From the IMG/VR virus record IMGVR_UViG_2582581315_000004, positions 1-25,801 of that record: a stretch of DNA of 25,801 nucleotides. The stretch is one strand, 5' to 3'. This document shows positions 1-8,674 of the stretch, piece by piece. Position 1 is the first letter of the stretch. Every line of letters starts with the position of its first letter. Position numbers and translations under genes: made by a program. The notes under the pieces were generated by a model that saw only the letters and a program-made list of their open reading frames with translations, was not told the DNA's origin and did not search any database. The DNA is from a virus. Its lineage: Duplodnaviria > Heunggongvirae > Uroviricota > Caudoviricetes.

Positions 1-252
1 TCATAGCTTGCCCTCGCGTGCTGCAAGTTCGAACATTTTCTTAATTGTCTCTGGATGGCCGTGAATACGACCGGCGATGATGAACACATCCGGATTGGGC
101 AGATCGATATATCTGATGCGCTGGCGATGACCCTGTTTCATGCGCCGCCGAGCACGCGATGGTGCCCGAACTTGCGACCAGTCCTTGGTTCTGACCGTAA
201 AATGCCAACTCTCGATGATCGGCATTCCGTTGAAGCTGAAATTATTCCTCAC
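1..252 (-). CDS. Hypothetical protein (83 aa)
   Basis: In the frame of track ORF 1..360. Likely start is GTG at 252, which overlaps the upstream TGA (GTGA) and has a CAGGAGGG SD; stop TGA at 1-3. Confidence 0.6.
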   Translation of the reverse strand: MRNNFSFNGMPIIESWHFTVRTKDWSQVRAPSRARRRMKQGHRQRIRYIDLPNPDVFIIAGRIHGHPETIKKMFELAAREGKL

Positions 253-542
253 GGTTTCCGCCCCTCCTGTGCCTCTGAGAGGGCCGAGCGAGCACGCTCG
301 AATTCGAGAACAAGACACAACAACTTGGCCCGAGCCCACGTCATATTTAACTGTTTCCATGGTGTATCCGTCATGACTGCAATCGCCTCGCAGACAGATA
401 AGCCACTGCGATGAGCGAGGCCATTAAGGCTCTGGCTATGATTGCGCTGCGCCTGTGCTTCATGTGGCGCAATTGCTGCCCAAGGAATTGCCTTAATGAC
501 GGGATCATTTAGGATCGGAAACATCGGCTCTGTGCTCATCAC
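249..542 (-). CDS. Phage hypothetical protein (PW..IAPHEAQA..NHSQSL..LA.R.GLS.CEA motif)
   Basis: ORF with GTG542/ATG539 start coupled to the upstream stop; the motif resembles a recurrent phage hypothetical family. Confidence 0.78.
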   Translation of the reverse strand: MMSTEPMFPILNDPVIKAIPWAAIAPHEAQAQRNHSQSLNGLAHRSGLSVCEAIAVMTDTPWKQLNMTWARAKLLCLVLEFERARSALSEAQEGRKP

Positions 543-676
543 TTCGCTTCCTCTTGCTCAGTGGCGGCGCGGGCAATGGCCTTTCCGAGGCAAACCGGCC
601 AAAGGATCGCATCCCAAACCTTGCCCGTCTGCTTGGAGTAGCCGATGGCGATCAAGCTATAAATTAAGGTGATCAC
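539..676 (-). CDS. Small hydrophobic protein, 45 aa (MITLIYSLIAIGYSKQTGKVWDAILWPVCLGKAIARAATEQEEAK), not in the ORF track
   Basis: GTG at 676 overlaps the upstream TGA, has a GAGGAGG SD, and its TGA (539-541) overlaps the next ATG; it fills the gap exactly. Confidence 0.62.
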   Translation of the reverse strand: MITLIYSLIAIGYSKQTGKVWDAILWPVCLGKAIARAATEQEEAK

Positions 677-1509
677 GATCGCGCCTCCTCTTGCCCAGGA
701 GTGACGGCCACATCAACTTCCGGCATCCTGATGTGAACGCCTCCCCATAATCCTTGAGACTGAAAATGCGCAGCGCCAGAGGGAAGAGGGGGCAATTCGC
801 CGATGATCTTGAAAAGTTCGGCTGACATTTCAACTGTTGCGCTTTTCAAGCGCTCGTTCTCAGCTCGGAGAGTGACAAGTTCAGAACATGCCATATCCAT
901 GAGCGCGTAAGCCTCGGGCTGATATCCGGTAATCCCGGCGCCGACGATCTTCATCCACTTGTCGAGGTCGCCCTCAAAACGCAATCGCTCACGTTCTTCG
1001 GCTACCTCGGATGCTGGGCCGCCTCGCGAGGTGGAAAGAGCTGATCTGATGGCGGCACTATTGTCTGCAAGCCAGAGAACCGCCGCGCGATTGTTGTTCG
1101 CCCAATGAATCTCATCTTCCATCGTGCCGTCTGGTCGATCGGACCATAGTGGAAGCCTCGGCCCGGTAACTGGAGGCATAGGCTCGAGCGCGTTCATGCC
1201 CACCGTCTCTTGAGCTACTGCGGGTGGCGCTGGGGCAGCGGCAAGCATACTTGCCCACACGATCCTGCATGAATGGAAATTGTGAGATAGCAGCATTTCT
1301 ACCGTCGGCGTCTTCGGCACCAACTGCCAGCCGTCCGGTATCGCCATCTCATCCCGTTCAGCATCGGAGGGGGAAGCGGAAAGAGCCAAAAGGTCACTAT
1401 CAGATAAGCGCAGCCGGCATTTTCCTGCATAGAAAATATAGATGTCATCACAGCCAGCAGCGGCAATTGCCGTAGCAGAAAGTTGTTTACGCAGTTCACT
1501 TATCGGCAT
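673..1509 (-). CDS. Mosaic phage hypothetical protein with an Ead/Ea22-like IPDGWQLVPKTPT.EML segment (278 aa)
   Basis: Likely start ATG1509 (MPISEL) with a CAGGAG SD; the track extension to 1626 overlaps the upstream gene. Confidence 0.7.
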   Translation of the reverse strand: MPISELRKQLSATAIAAAGCDDIYIFYAGKCRLRLSDSDLLALSASPSDAERDEMAIPDGWQLVPKTPTVEMLLSHNFHSCRIVWASMLAAAPAPPAVAQETVGMNALEPMPPVTGPRLPLWSDRPDGTMEDEIHWANNNRAAVLWLADNSAAIRSALSTSRGGPASEVAEERERLRFEGDLDKWMKIVGAGITGYQPEAYALMDMACSELVTLRAENERLKSATVEMSAELFKIIGELPPLPSGAAHFQSQGLWGGVHIRMPEVDVAVTPGQEEARS

Positions 1510-1945
1510 TGTTCTTCTCCTGAGCGAGCTTGGCCCTGAGGGTGGCGAGGCAAATAGTGACCGGTAGGGAATTGCCCTCGGCTTCACTAAGAATCTCTTC
1601 GGAGCCGAATAGGAGTTGGACCGCATATAGCGGCTCCTCGATGCGGAGCCGCCCGCGGGACATCATCCAGAAGGCATCCGGCAAGACGCGCTCCACCAGA
1701 GCAACGGCTGCGTCGAGACTGCCGGTAACCGCGGGGAAGAACCGCACGTCCATCAAGCCGCCGCCTTCGAAGCGGATTGTTCCTTCAGACTTGTCCATCC
1801 AGAAATTCTGAATAGGACGAATTGGCGTGAACCCCGCTGCGTCGAAGCGATGCGGCTCCAATGATGCGGCAATCCGAGCATCAAGCCAGCGATCCGGCCC
1901 CGTTGCCATCTCCAGCGCTGCAATCAGCTCTTCAATCTTTTGCAT
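1496..1945 (-). CDS. Phage hypothetical protein (TGPDR.LDA.IA ... P..TGSLDAA..L..R.LP family)
   Basis: ATG1945 with a TGGAGG SD; motif typical of alphaproteobacterial phage early genes. Confidence 0.78.
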   Translation of the reverse strand: MQKIEELIAALEMATGPDRWLDARIAASLEPHRFDAAGFTPIRPIQNFWMDKSEGTIRFEGGGLMDVRFFPAVTGSLDAAVALVERVLPDAFWMMSRGRLRIEEPLYAVQLLFGSEEILSEAEGNSLPVTICLATLRAKLAQEKNNADK

Positions 1946-2579
1946 GGGAATAGCCCTCCAGTTTGAGGAGGGTCGAAGCATTGATGACGCGGCTCATTTC
2001 GATGTTGATGCCGGAAAAATCCCAATAGCTATCAAGTTCGATACGGCCTTCGTCTCCGACTTGAGCGTCGATGAAGTGAAATTCTGCCCAAATGTGGTTG
2101 CCGGGCTCAAAGCTTAGCCGCTCTGCCGCACTGAGGATTGCCTCTGCCTGTTCGTTCAAATCTTCTTCGTTGGGTTCAAATGATCGCGGATAGCTCGACG
2201 AGACGTGAGAGCCAGATTCATTGCGGCCATCGAGGAACAAGACACAGAAAGGCCTATCGAACGTCTTCCTTGCTTCTTCCAGTAACTCCTCTCTGTCTAA
2301 TGAGGAGTGTGGAGTGGGGGAGGTGTAGAGAGGGACATCGCCTACTCGAGCTATGCCCCTGCCGTGAACCGCAGTGGCGCCATCTTTAACGCGCTTGATC
2401 CGTTCCAGATCTGTGGCGTTTATGTAGCAGACTGGCTCGCCCGGTAGCAGCGCAAGGGCGGCGGTGGCCCCAGCAGCAGCTACCTCGGCAAACGCTTCAA
2501 TGAGCGCGCCTGGCTGGTGCCCTGCCAATTCTCGGCCCTTTGCCTTGGCGGCTTCGATCATTTCTGGTGTCTGCTTCAC
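1932..2579 (-). CDS. Hypothetical protein (215 aa)
   Basis: GTG2579 overlaps the upstream TGA (GTGA) and has a GAGGA SD. Confidence 0.7.
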   Translation of the reverse strand: MKQTPEMIEAAKAKGRELAGHQPGALIEAFAEVAAAGATAALALLPGEPVCYINATDLERIKRVKDGATAVHGRGIARVGDVPLYTSPTPHSSLDREELLEEARKTFDRPFCVLFLDGRNESGSHVSSSYPRSFEPNEEDLNEQAEAILSAAERLSFEPGNHIWAEFHFIDAQVGDEGRIELDSYWDFSGINIEMSRVINASTLLKLEGYSHAKD

Positions 2580-3010
2580 TGTTCCGTCCTCGCTCTGAGA
2601 CGGCCGGCCATCGCCAAGCCTTGATTGATACGGGCTGTGCACCGCTCGACCGCTTCGCCGTGATCAAAGTCACAGAAAATGCCCCAGAGGGTGTTGGCGA
2701 GCTCGTGCGGATTGATGCCCTTCGATCGCCAGTAATCCTGCTCAGATCCCAGCTTGCAGCTGTGCTGCCAATCGTGCTCTTCGGGTGACAGGGGAAGCGC
2801 AAAGCGGTCCGGCGCTTTTGTGCCCTTCGCGCGACCGAAGTGGCCATGCCAGGTGCTTGCGAAAGAAACGTGCGCTGCTTGGACGCCGGTCCTGCCGGTG
2901 ACCACGCACGGTAGCTCGTGCAGAAAGCTCAGGTAGTCAGGGCGCTTTGCTGGACGGCGCTTGGGCGGCGGCGATTCACGGGATGGATTGACAAATCGAT
3001 AGGCGCTCAT
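2576..3010 (-). CDS. DUF968/Ref-like HNH-fold nuclease
   Basis: YL.FLHELPCVVTG ... AAHV ... K.PDRFALPL...EH..QH pattern; ATGA coupling. Confidence 0.75.
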   Translation of the reverse strand: MSAYRFVNPSRESPPPKRRPAKRPDYLSFLHELPCVVTGRTGVQAAHVSFASTWHGHFGRAKGTKAPDRFALPLSPEEHDWQHSCKLGSEQDYWRSKGINPHELANTLWGIFCDFDHGEAVERCTARINQGLAMAGRLRARTEQ

Positions 3011-3642
3011 CGTTTGCTGGCCCCGATTGCATCCAGTCCTTCGTCGCGTGCGCGCGTCAGCTCGTTAAAAGCCTCCGTCGAACCGCCGGGCGAATCCGGG
3101 TGTAGGTATCTCGATTTTGCCCGGTACCGATCTTTGAGATACGCGGCGCTGATCGGCTCGGTCGGACCGAAGCCAAAGACCTCTCTCCAGGTGCGCCTGC
3201 CTGGCTCCGGTAGCGCGAGGAAGCCGGTGAACATCTCGGAGAGCGAAGCAACGCCGTAGCGCTCGATCGCCCGCGTGGCCTCGATATGCTTGGCAATGGC
3301 TGCGATATTGTCGGCAACGCGGTCATATCTATCGCAGGGCAGGCAGTGCGGTTTGCCTGCGAGTGTGAAGTACAGGGCCACGCCTTTGTCGGTTGGCTCC
3401 GGCTGGCCGGAGCGCGGAAGACCGTCGAGCCGAACCTGGACGTTCGACGACAACACATAGTTCTTTGCTCCCAGCAGATCGACTTCGCGCTGCAGGCGGC
3501 CAAGAGCGTCGGCAACCGTCAGAGACTCGCTGCTCGCCAGGGTTCTCCCAGGTCGGGTCACGCGCTTTCCAAAGGTCGCGCGAATGGGGGTCTTCGTCCG
3601 GGGGCGGGAAATCGGCCATTGGAGCGGGTGGGCTTGTGTCAT
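3007..3642 (-). CDS. Phage J-domain (DnaJ-like) protein, 211 aa
   Basis: C-terminal J domain with HPD (YRAKSRYLHPDSPGGSTEAFNEL); N-terminal PLQWP...CDRY..VADNIAAIA family motif; ATG3642 overlaps the upstream TGA. Confidence 0.85.
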   Translation of the reverse strand: MTQAHPLQWPISRPRTKTPIRATFGKRVTRPGRTLASSESLTVADALGRLQREVDLLGAKNYVLSSNVQVRLDGLPRSGQPEPTDKGVALYFTLAGKPHCLPCDRYDRVADNIAAIAKHIEATRAIERYGVASLSEMFTGFLALPEPGRRTWREVFGFGPTEPISAAYLKDRYRAKSRYLHPDSPGGSTEAFNELTRARDEGLDAIGASKR

Positions 3643-4523
3643 AGTGCTGGAACCTCTGGAAAGGCGTCGTGCGTGACGCCGTCGAGCTGCCGCCCGGCGA
3701 ACTTCCTGCCGACCTTCTGCATTGGCCACCCCTCATCGGAGCGTCTGCCGGCAGTCGTGACGCGACAGAACCCCGGCGCGTCCGTTGGCCACCGGCCGTC
3801 GTTGGCTAGCAAAGGCACCCATTCGCCATTCTGCTTGTGATGGTATGGCACGCCTGCGGCGACGCACTGATCGCGGAGACTGCGAAAGCAATCTGGATGC
3901 GTCGGGCGTGCCTTGTGCCCGCCTTGATCGGTCTCGCCGCCGGTGATCACCCAATCTGGCAACAGCAGCCGGGGAGCAACGATCAACTCGAGCAACGGTT
4001 CGAGAGAGCCGAAGGTGAAAAGTGGCTTGGTCTCTATTTTCGCGACCCGCAGCGCGGCCAGATTGGATTCAGCGCGCTTCTGATCCTCTGACGTCGTTCC
4101 GAGGGCGGCATTTTCCGGCAGGCCGCCGGCGGCATCCGCCAGCTTCACAATGTTCTGAGGGCGCTTGGTCAGCAGCAAATAGACGAGGTTCGGCGTCCTG
4201 CGCATCACCTCGAAGGCATCGGCGCGCCATTGCGGGTCGACCTGGTTGTCGAAGATATCGGACAGGGACGAACTGAACACGAACGGCCGGCGCCCTTCGG
4301 ATTCTGCCTTCCGGTTCCATTTGAACGGCGCATTCCAAGTTGACTTGGATGTTCGCGCCCGTGTGCCCTGACCTTTGCCAGGCGCTCCCCATTCAACGCG
4401 GTGATATCGACGGTCCATCATCGCTTCTGCGTAGCAACCGTCGCAGGCAGGCGAGACCTTAGCGCACCCGATCCACCAATTGATCGTGTGGTCGCACCAT
4501 GAAATATTAGTGACTTCACCCAT
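3639..4523 (-). CDS. DUF5131 / phage Gp37Gp68 family protein (radical-SAM-like Cys motif)
   Basis: T.I.W.DHT.N.W.GC.KVSPACDGCYAE, FVFSSLSDIFD, LLTKRP, WVITGGE, HKQNGEW; GGAG SD. Confidence 0.9.
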   Translation of the reverse strand: MGEVTNISWCDHTINWWIGCAKVSPACDGCYAEAMMDRRYHRVEWGAPGKGQGTRARTSKSTWNAPFKWNRKAESEGRRPFVFSSSLSDIFDNQVDPQWRADAFEVMRRTPNLVYLLLTKRPQNIVKLADAAGGLPENAALGTTSEDQKRAESNLAALRVAKIETKPLFTFGSLEPLLELIVAPRLLLPDWVITGGETDQGGHKARPTHPDCFRSLRDQCVAAGVPYHHKQNGEWVPLLANDGRWPTDAPGFCRVTTAGRRSDEGWPMQKVGRKFAGRQLDGVTHDAFPEVPAL

Positions 4524-4535
4524 TCTTCTCGCTCC

Positions 4536-4754
4536 TCAGTGCATCGCCATTCTATTCAGGGCGGAAACAATCATGTCGGCATTCTCTTCGGTGAAGCAGC
4601 TGCAGATGACTCCGACGCCATCTGGATCTTCCATGATCTGTTCCTCGGTGGTTTCTTCCTTCACGATGACGTAGAATAGGGCGTCATCATCTTCTTCATC
4701 GCCGTCAGTGTCACCGATCATTACCTTCTTGAAGCGTCCAAAACTCATCATCAT
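4536..4754 (-). CDS. Small acidic hypothetical protein (72 aa)
   Basis: ATG4754 overlaps the upstream TGA; the track extension to 4979 overlaps another gene. Confidence 0.6.
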   Translation of the reverse strand: MMMSFGRFKKVMIGDTDGDEEDDDALFYVIVKEETTEEQIMEDPDGVGVICSCFTEENADMIVSALNRMAMH

Positions 4755-5050
4755 ATCCCGGCAGCAGCTTCGATGGCCGCGCGTTTGCATTTCTCCCATG
4801 CGTGGCGATGGCGAAGCCATATGGTCGCCGCCGATTGCCTCGCAGGTCCCTTCGCCATCTTCCAGAACTCGGCATATTCCGGCCTTCGACGAAGGATCAT
4901 TCTCACGCGCTTCCTGACGGTCTTCCACTCTGCCTTGATCTGTCGCGGCACCAATGGCCAATGCTTTCCGCAGATCCATTCGCCTCCGAGGCCGTCATTC
5001 ATTCGAGTGCGGCGACAGAATGGAACGCAGCATGCGATCCGATCAACCAT
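4751..5050 (-). CDS. Small Cys/His (zinc-binding-like) phage protein, 99 aa
   Basis: CCVPFCRRT ... WICGKHW pattern; ATG5050 lies next to the upstream stop. Confidence 0.75.
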   Translation of the reverse strand: MVDRIACCVPFCRRTRMNDGLGGEWICGKHWPLVPRQIKAEWKTVRKRVRMILRRRPEYAEFWKMAKGPARQSAATIWLRHRHAWEKCKRAAIEAAAGI

Positions 5051-5249
5051 ATGACTTTGCCTTCGGCCGCCGGTATTTCTCGCGCTCATTGCGAGCGATC
5101 TTCATGGCGTGCCCAGATGCGTATTTTATGTGAATGAAGTCGCGGTCTATATATGTGATCACGGCCGAATGCCACAAGTATCCATCGTGGGTCGCCATGC
5201 GAACTTCGAGGTCATCACCTTTTTCTAAATTGTGAAGCTGCTGCTTCAT
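5043..5249 (-). CDS. Small hypothetical protein (possible SH3/Tudor-like beta fold)
   Basis: 68-aa ORF with ATGA coupling and alternating beta-strand patterning. Confidence 0.62.
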   Translation of the reverse strand: MKQQLHNLEKGDDLEVRMATHDGYLWHSAVITYIDRDFIHIKYASGHAMKIARNEREKYRRPKAKSYG

Positions 5250-5665
5250 ATCTGTTCCTCATTCAAAAGAATTTCTCGCGTCAACCGCATAAGAGCTGGA
5301 AACCCTCCGCCCACCTTGATTCTGACCATGACAGCTTCAACGGAGGCGAAAAGCCAAACTGATTGTGGGGGAACTTCGCATCCAGGCATCAGAGATGACC
5401 GTTCCCACTCGTGCACAGCTGTTCCATTCCAGTTGCCGTTCTCGATTTTGAACCACCAGCACTTGGCTCGATATTCGAGAAAGCCGGTAAGCGTCTCATT
5501 AGCTCCCTCACGGTCATTGGTGCGCCGACTAAACCGCCTGATCCGCCATGGCCATTCGCGTGACGTGGAATGGCAACAGATGTCTTCCAGAATGCCGGTT
5601 GCAGTGTCATCGCCGTATCGCCGGCAGAAATTGAGGAATTCCTCGCAGTCGTAGTCTTCCCTCAT
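5246..5665 (-). CDS. Hypothetical protein (139 aa)
   Basis: ATGA overlaps at both ends. Confidence 0.6.
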   Translation of the reverse strand: MREDYDCEEFLNFCRRYGDDTATGILEDICCHSTSREWPWRIRRFSRRTNDREGANETLTGFLEYRAKCWWFKIENGNWNGTAVHEWERSSLMPGCEVPPQSVWLFASVEAVMVRIKVGGGFPALMRLTREILLNEEQI

Positions 5666-6774
5666 ACCACGATCGTCAGTTGCTCGGCGGCGCGGGTAAT
5701 CCCAGTATATAGGTGGCGACCGCGGTCGGCGCCGAAGCTTCCGCTTTCATCGAAAAGGCAGACGTCCGGCCATTGCGAGCCCTGCGCCTTGTGCACGGTC
5801 AAAGCATAGCCGAAATCGAATTGTTGGGTCCCGCGAAGCTCCTTCCACGGGACTTCCCTTTCCTTGCCGAGAAAAAGCTCTTCACGGCACCGCACCTCAA
5901 CGGGTGCTGTGCCATCGAAGTCAAGTGATTTAACGAGCATGTGGATGCAATGATCTTCGACAGTTCCTCGGCCTCGTTTTTTCACCTCAAGGACAGACCA
6001 AAGGCCGCCATTCAAAATCCCGTTCGGATGATCGTTCTTCAATGCGACAAGGCGATCGCCGGGAACCGGGAATGTTCCTTGATGGCCAGCAAGTTCGCGC
6101 ATCCGGCGGTTATAGTTTTGCCTGGTGCGGTTTACCCCGACGAGGACCTGGCTCGCATTGGTTACCAGCTCCGGACCAACGTCGCGTTTGGTGATGATCT
6201 TGACGGCGCCATAATCTCCGACGACGAGGCCGCGCCCTTCGCGCACATCAGTTGCAATCCGGATAATTGGGTTATCCGCGGCCTGTCGGTGAATTTCCTC
6301 CAACATAACGTCTGGCTCGTGGTTCGTGAAATAGCCGCCGCCATTGACTGGTGGAAGCTGCCCAGGGTCGCCTAGAACGAGCACAGGGATGTGGTAGGAC
6401 AGGAGATCCTTGCCAAGCTCCTCATCGACCATGGAGCACTCGTCGATGATGAAGAGCTTGATCTTAGCTAGTTCAAACTTCGGTCGTTTTTTGAACGACG
6501 TTTTGCCAGTGTGCTCGTCCTGCTTCACTTTGTAGAGGATCGAATGGATCGTCGACGCGCCGGCGCATCCATTCTTCCTCATGACCATCGCCGCTTTGCC
6601 GGTAAAGGCTGCGTATTGCACGTCACCGTCGATGTGTTCGGCGAAATGACGGGCGAGGGTGGTTTTGCCAGTGCCAGCATATCCGAAGATGCGGAATATC
6701 GGTTGCCTGCCGTCCTCATACCAGCGAGCGACTGCATCGACTGCAGAGGATTGTTGAGGCGAGAACTTCATCAA
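5662..6774 (-). CDS. RecD/Dda-like SF1B ATP-dependent DNA helicase
   Basis: Walker A GYAGTGKT, AAFTGKAA, TIHS, Walker B IIDECSM, VLGDPGQLPPV, EIHRQA, YALTVHKAQGSQW, LYTGITRA. Confidence 0.93.
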   Translation of the reverse strand: MMKFSPQQSSAVDAVARWYEDGRQPIFRIFGYAGTGKTTLARHFAEHIDGDVQYAAFTGKAAMVMRKNGCAGASTIHSILYKVKQDEHTGKTSFKKRPKFELAKIKLFIIDECSMVDEELGKDLLSYHIPVLVLGDPGQLPPVNGGGYFTNHEPDVMLEEIHRQAADNPIIRIATDVREGRGLVVGDYGAVKIITKRDVGPELVTNASQVLVGVNRTRQNYNRRMRELAGHQGTFPVPGDRLVALKNDHPNGILNGGLWSVLEVKKRGRGTVEDHCIHMLVKSLDFDGTAPVEVRCREELFLGKEREVPWKELRGTQQFDFGYALTVHKAQGSQWPDVCLFDESGSFGADRGRHLYTGITRAAEQLTIVV

Positions 6775-7112
6775 TCGCTGTCCTTTCCGCCCGGGAAAAC
6801 AATCAGTTCCCCCTTATTCTTTGGTTTGCCGGGAAGATCGAGCAACGGCGGAAGCGGACCGCCAAACTTCCAAGCGTCAACCTGGGCCTTTGTCTTCCGG
6901 CATGACTGGGATGCGTACCAGCGGAACACATCGCCTATTTCTTGGTAGTGTCGCTTGCCATCGCCCCTTTGGTAGAGATTCCAATAGGCGCTGCGATTAG
7001 ACCCGGTTTTGAGTGCCTGGCCGTTTGCGTCAGTCAGGAGCGTCTCGCCCACGGCAGTCCCGACCCACGACCATCGATACCGCTCGAAAAACGTTTGGAT
7101 TGTCTTGATCAT
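6771..7112 (-). CDS. Hypothetical protein (113 aa)
   Basis: Overlaps its neighbours at both ends. Confidence 0.65.
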   Translation of the reverse strand: MIKTIQTFFERYRWSWVGTAVGETLLTDANGQALKTGSNRSAYWNLYQRGDGKRHYQEIGDVFRWYASQSCRKTKAQVDAWKFGGPLPPLLDLPGKPKNKGELIVFPGGKDSD

Positions 7113-7570
7113 GTTGCCACCTGCGCGCGTCGCTGTAGCTGCTTTGCCAATCGATCATAAAGAACGACGTTGGTCGTGGCCGCGAGGTTCATGCAAAGCG
7201 ATGTCGGCACCATGACGCGATAGGGGCACCAATCGAGGATGGCCTTACCAAGCGTTCCATCCTCAGGCCCGAAGATATAGAAAGCCGACAACGGATGGAC
7301 GAAATCTGGGAGCTCGATCGCGTCGTCCACCAGATCGACGGCGACCGGTGTTGCTCCATAGGGGATCAGCCCACGTAAATCCCCTCGCAGAACCGGCAGA
7401 TGCCGCTGCGCTGCGCTGGTGTTCGCTGCGTGGCTGATCGCCCGGCCATCAATGCGATCGCCTGAGATAGCTACCAAGCTCGCGCCATAGCAATGCGCCG
7501 CGCGGAGCACGCCGCCGATATTGTGGAGATCCTTTGGCCGATGAAGGCCAATTGCCGCAAAGCCTCTCAT
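7109..7570 (-). CDS. SPOUT (SpoU/TrmH/TrmL-like) RNA methyltransferase, 153 aa
   Basis: L..PK...NIGGVLRAA..YG, YIFGPEDG.L, VMVPT..CMNLAATTNVVLYDR motifs; ATG7570 with GGAG SD overlaps the upstream TGA. Confidence 0.9.
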   Translation of the reverse strand: MRGFAAIGLHRPKDLHNIGGVLRAAHCYGASLVAISGDRIDGRAISHAANTSAAQRHLPVLRGDLRGLIPYGATPVAVDLVDDAIELPDFVHPLSAFYIFGPEDGTLGKAILDWCPYRVMVPTSLCMNLAATTNVVLYDRLAKQLQRRAQVAT

Positions 7571-7737
7571 TTTTGTCTCCACTCTTCCAGGCAGCTAGCA
7601 ATGAAGTGCAACCCGGTGATGGCCGCAAACACGTAAAGAGTCGGATCCGTTGCCCAAATAATCCTCGCTATCTGAAAGTAGATTACGGCAGTCGCCGCGG
7701 TGAACGCGATCCTATAGATCAGTCTCAGAGCCTTCAT
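7567..7737 (-). CDS. Small membrane protein, 56 aa, two predicted TM segments (MKALRLIYRIAFTAATAVIYFQIARIIWATDPTLYVFAAITGLHFIASCLEEWRQK), not in the ORF track
   Basis: ATGA overlaps at both ends (7734-7737 and 7567-7570); GGAGG SD. Confidence 0.68.
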   Translation of the reverse strand: MKALRLIYRIAFTAATAVIYFQIARIIWATDPTLYVFAAITGLHFIASCLEEWRQK

Positions 7738-8408
7738 GCTGCCTGCACCTCCGGAAAAAATCCGCGCTTGGCGAGATCGAAGTACATATCCTTCAGGAGC
7801 GAGATCTCCTCTAGGCTGTCACGCGATTGGCCCGGGCGCCGCCCGAGAATCGCCTCGCATGCCTCTTCAAATCTCGGCCAGCGATATTCGGTTGAGGTTT
7901 CCACTTCACTGGGAAGCTTGCAGATCTGCTGGCCATAGGGCTTCTGCAGATCGACGAACGTCGTCATAGGTCTCGTCAGCCAAAGTCGATCATATGCGGT
8001 CGATGCCTTGCCAAGCGAAATCGCGAACCTCGCGAAGAGGCTGGCCATAACCATCTTGTCCATGTCGCCATAGGTCACGATCTTCATCTCGGACTCGAAC
8101 GGTCCGACCTTAAGCATGTCAGACAGCATGCCGAGCGCCCGAGACTCGGGAATGCCAAGCCGTCCGCATATCTTGTGATCAATGCCGTGCTTCTCGAGCG
8201 CACCGCCCTTTACCATTCGACTGTCGGGCTTGATGTATGCGGCAAAGTGGTTGATCACTTGGCCGGCCGCATTGCATTGCATCGCCCCGATATACGGCGC
8301 CCATGGCTGCTGATTGCTGTCGATCGACTCTCCGCGCATATAGAGGCCGCTTGTCTTCAGATCGAGGAAGATGATGTTCGGGATGGCAACTGGTGTAGGG
8401 TCGGTCAT
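7734..8408 (-). CDS. DnaQ/DEDDh-fold 3'-5' exonuclease-like protein with degenerate catalytic motifs
   Basis: IIFLDLKTSGL (ExoI DxE reads DxK), ALEKHGID, FVDLQK, WPRFEEA, and RDSLEE where HxAxxD is expected. Confidence 0.78.
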   Translation of the reverse strand: MTDPTPVAIPNIIFLDLKTSGLYMRGESIDSNQQPWAPYIGAMQCNAAGQVINHFAAYIKPDSRMVKGGALEKHGIDHKICGRLGIPESRALGMLSDMLKVGPFESEMKIVTYGDMDKMVMASLFARFAISLGKASTAYDRLWLTRPMTTFVDLQKPYGQQICKLPSEVETSTEYRWPRFEEACEAILGRRPGQSRDSLEEISLLKDMYFDLAKRGFFPEVQAA

Positions 8409-8674
8409 TCCTTGGCCTCGAAAATTGAATCGCGAAGATCGGCGTCGATGAAAATTGTGGTCGCATCAACGGTCACGTTGACGCCATGCGAGCCGCGGAG
8501 ATCTGCGCCGGTGAAGTCGAACCCGCGCAGATCGCAGTTGTTGAAGTCGACCCCACTTAGGTTGGCGTGGCGAAAATCGTGTTTCCTATCGAGGCCGGCC
8601 AAATCGCAAAGCACCACGAAGTTATCTGTCTCGGATTCGATGATCGCGACCGCTTTTTGCTCAAGACCCATCAT
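8405..8674 (-). CDS. Pentapeptide-repeat protein (89 aa)
   Basis: FRHAN LSGVD FNNCD LRGFD FTGAD LRGSH repeats; ATG8674 overlaps the upstream TGA. Confidence 0.75.
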   Translation of the reverse strand: MMGLEQKAVAIIESETDNFVVLCDLAGLDRKHDFRHANLSGVDFNNCDLRGFDFTGADLRGSHGVNVTVDATTIFIDADLRDSIFEAKE

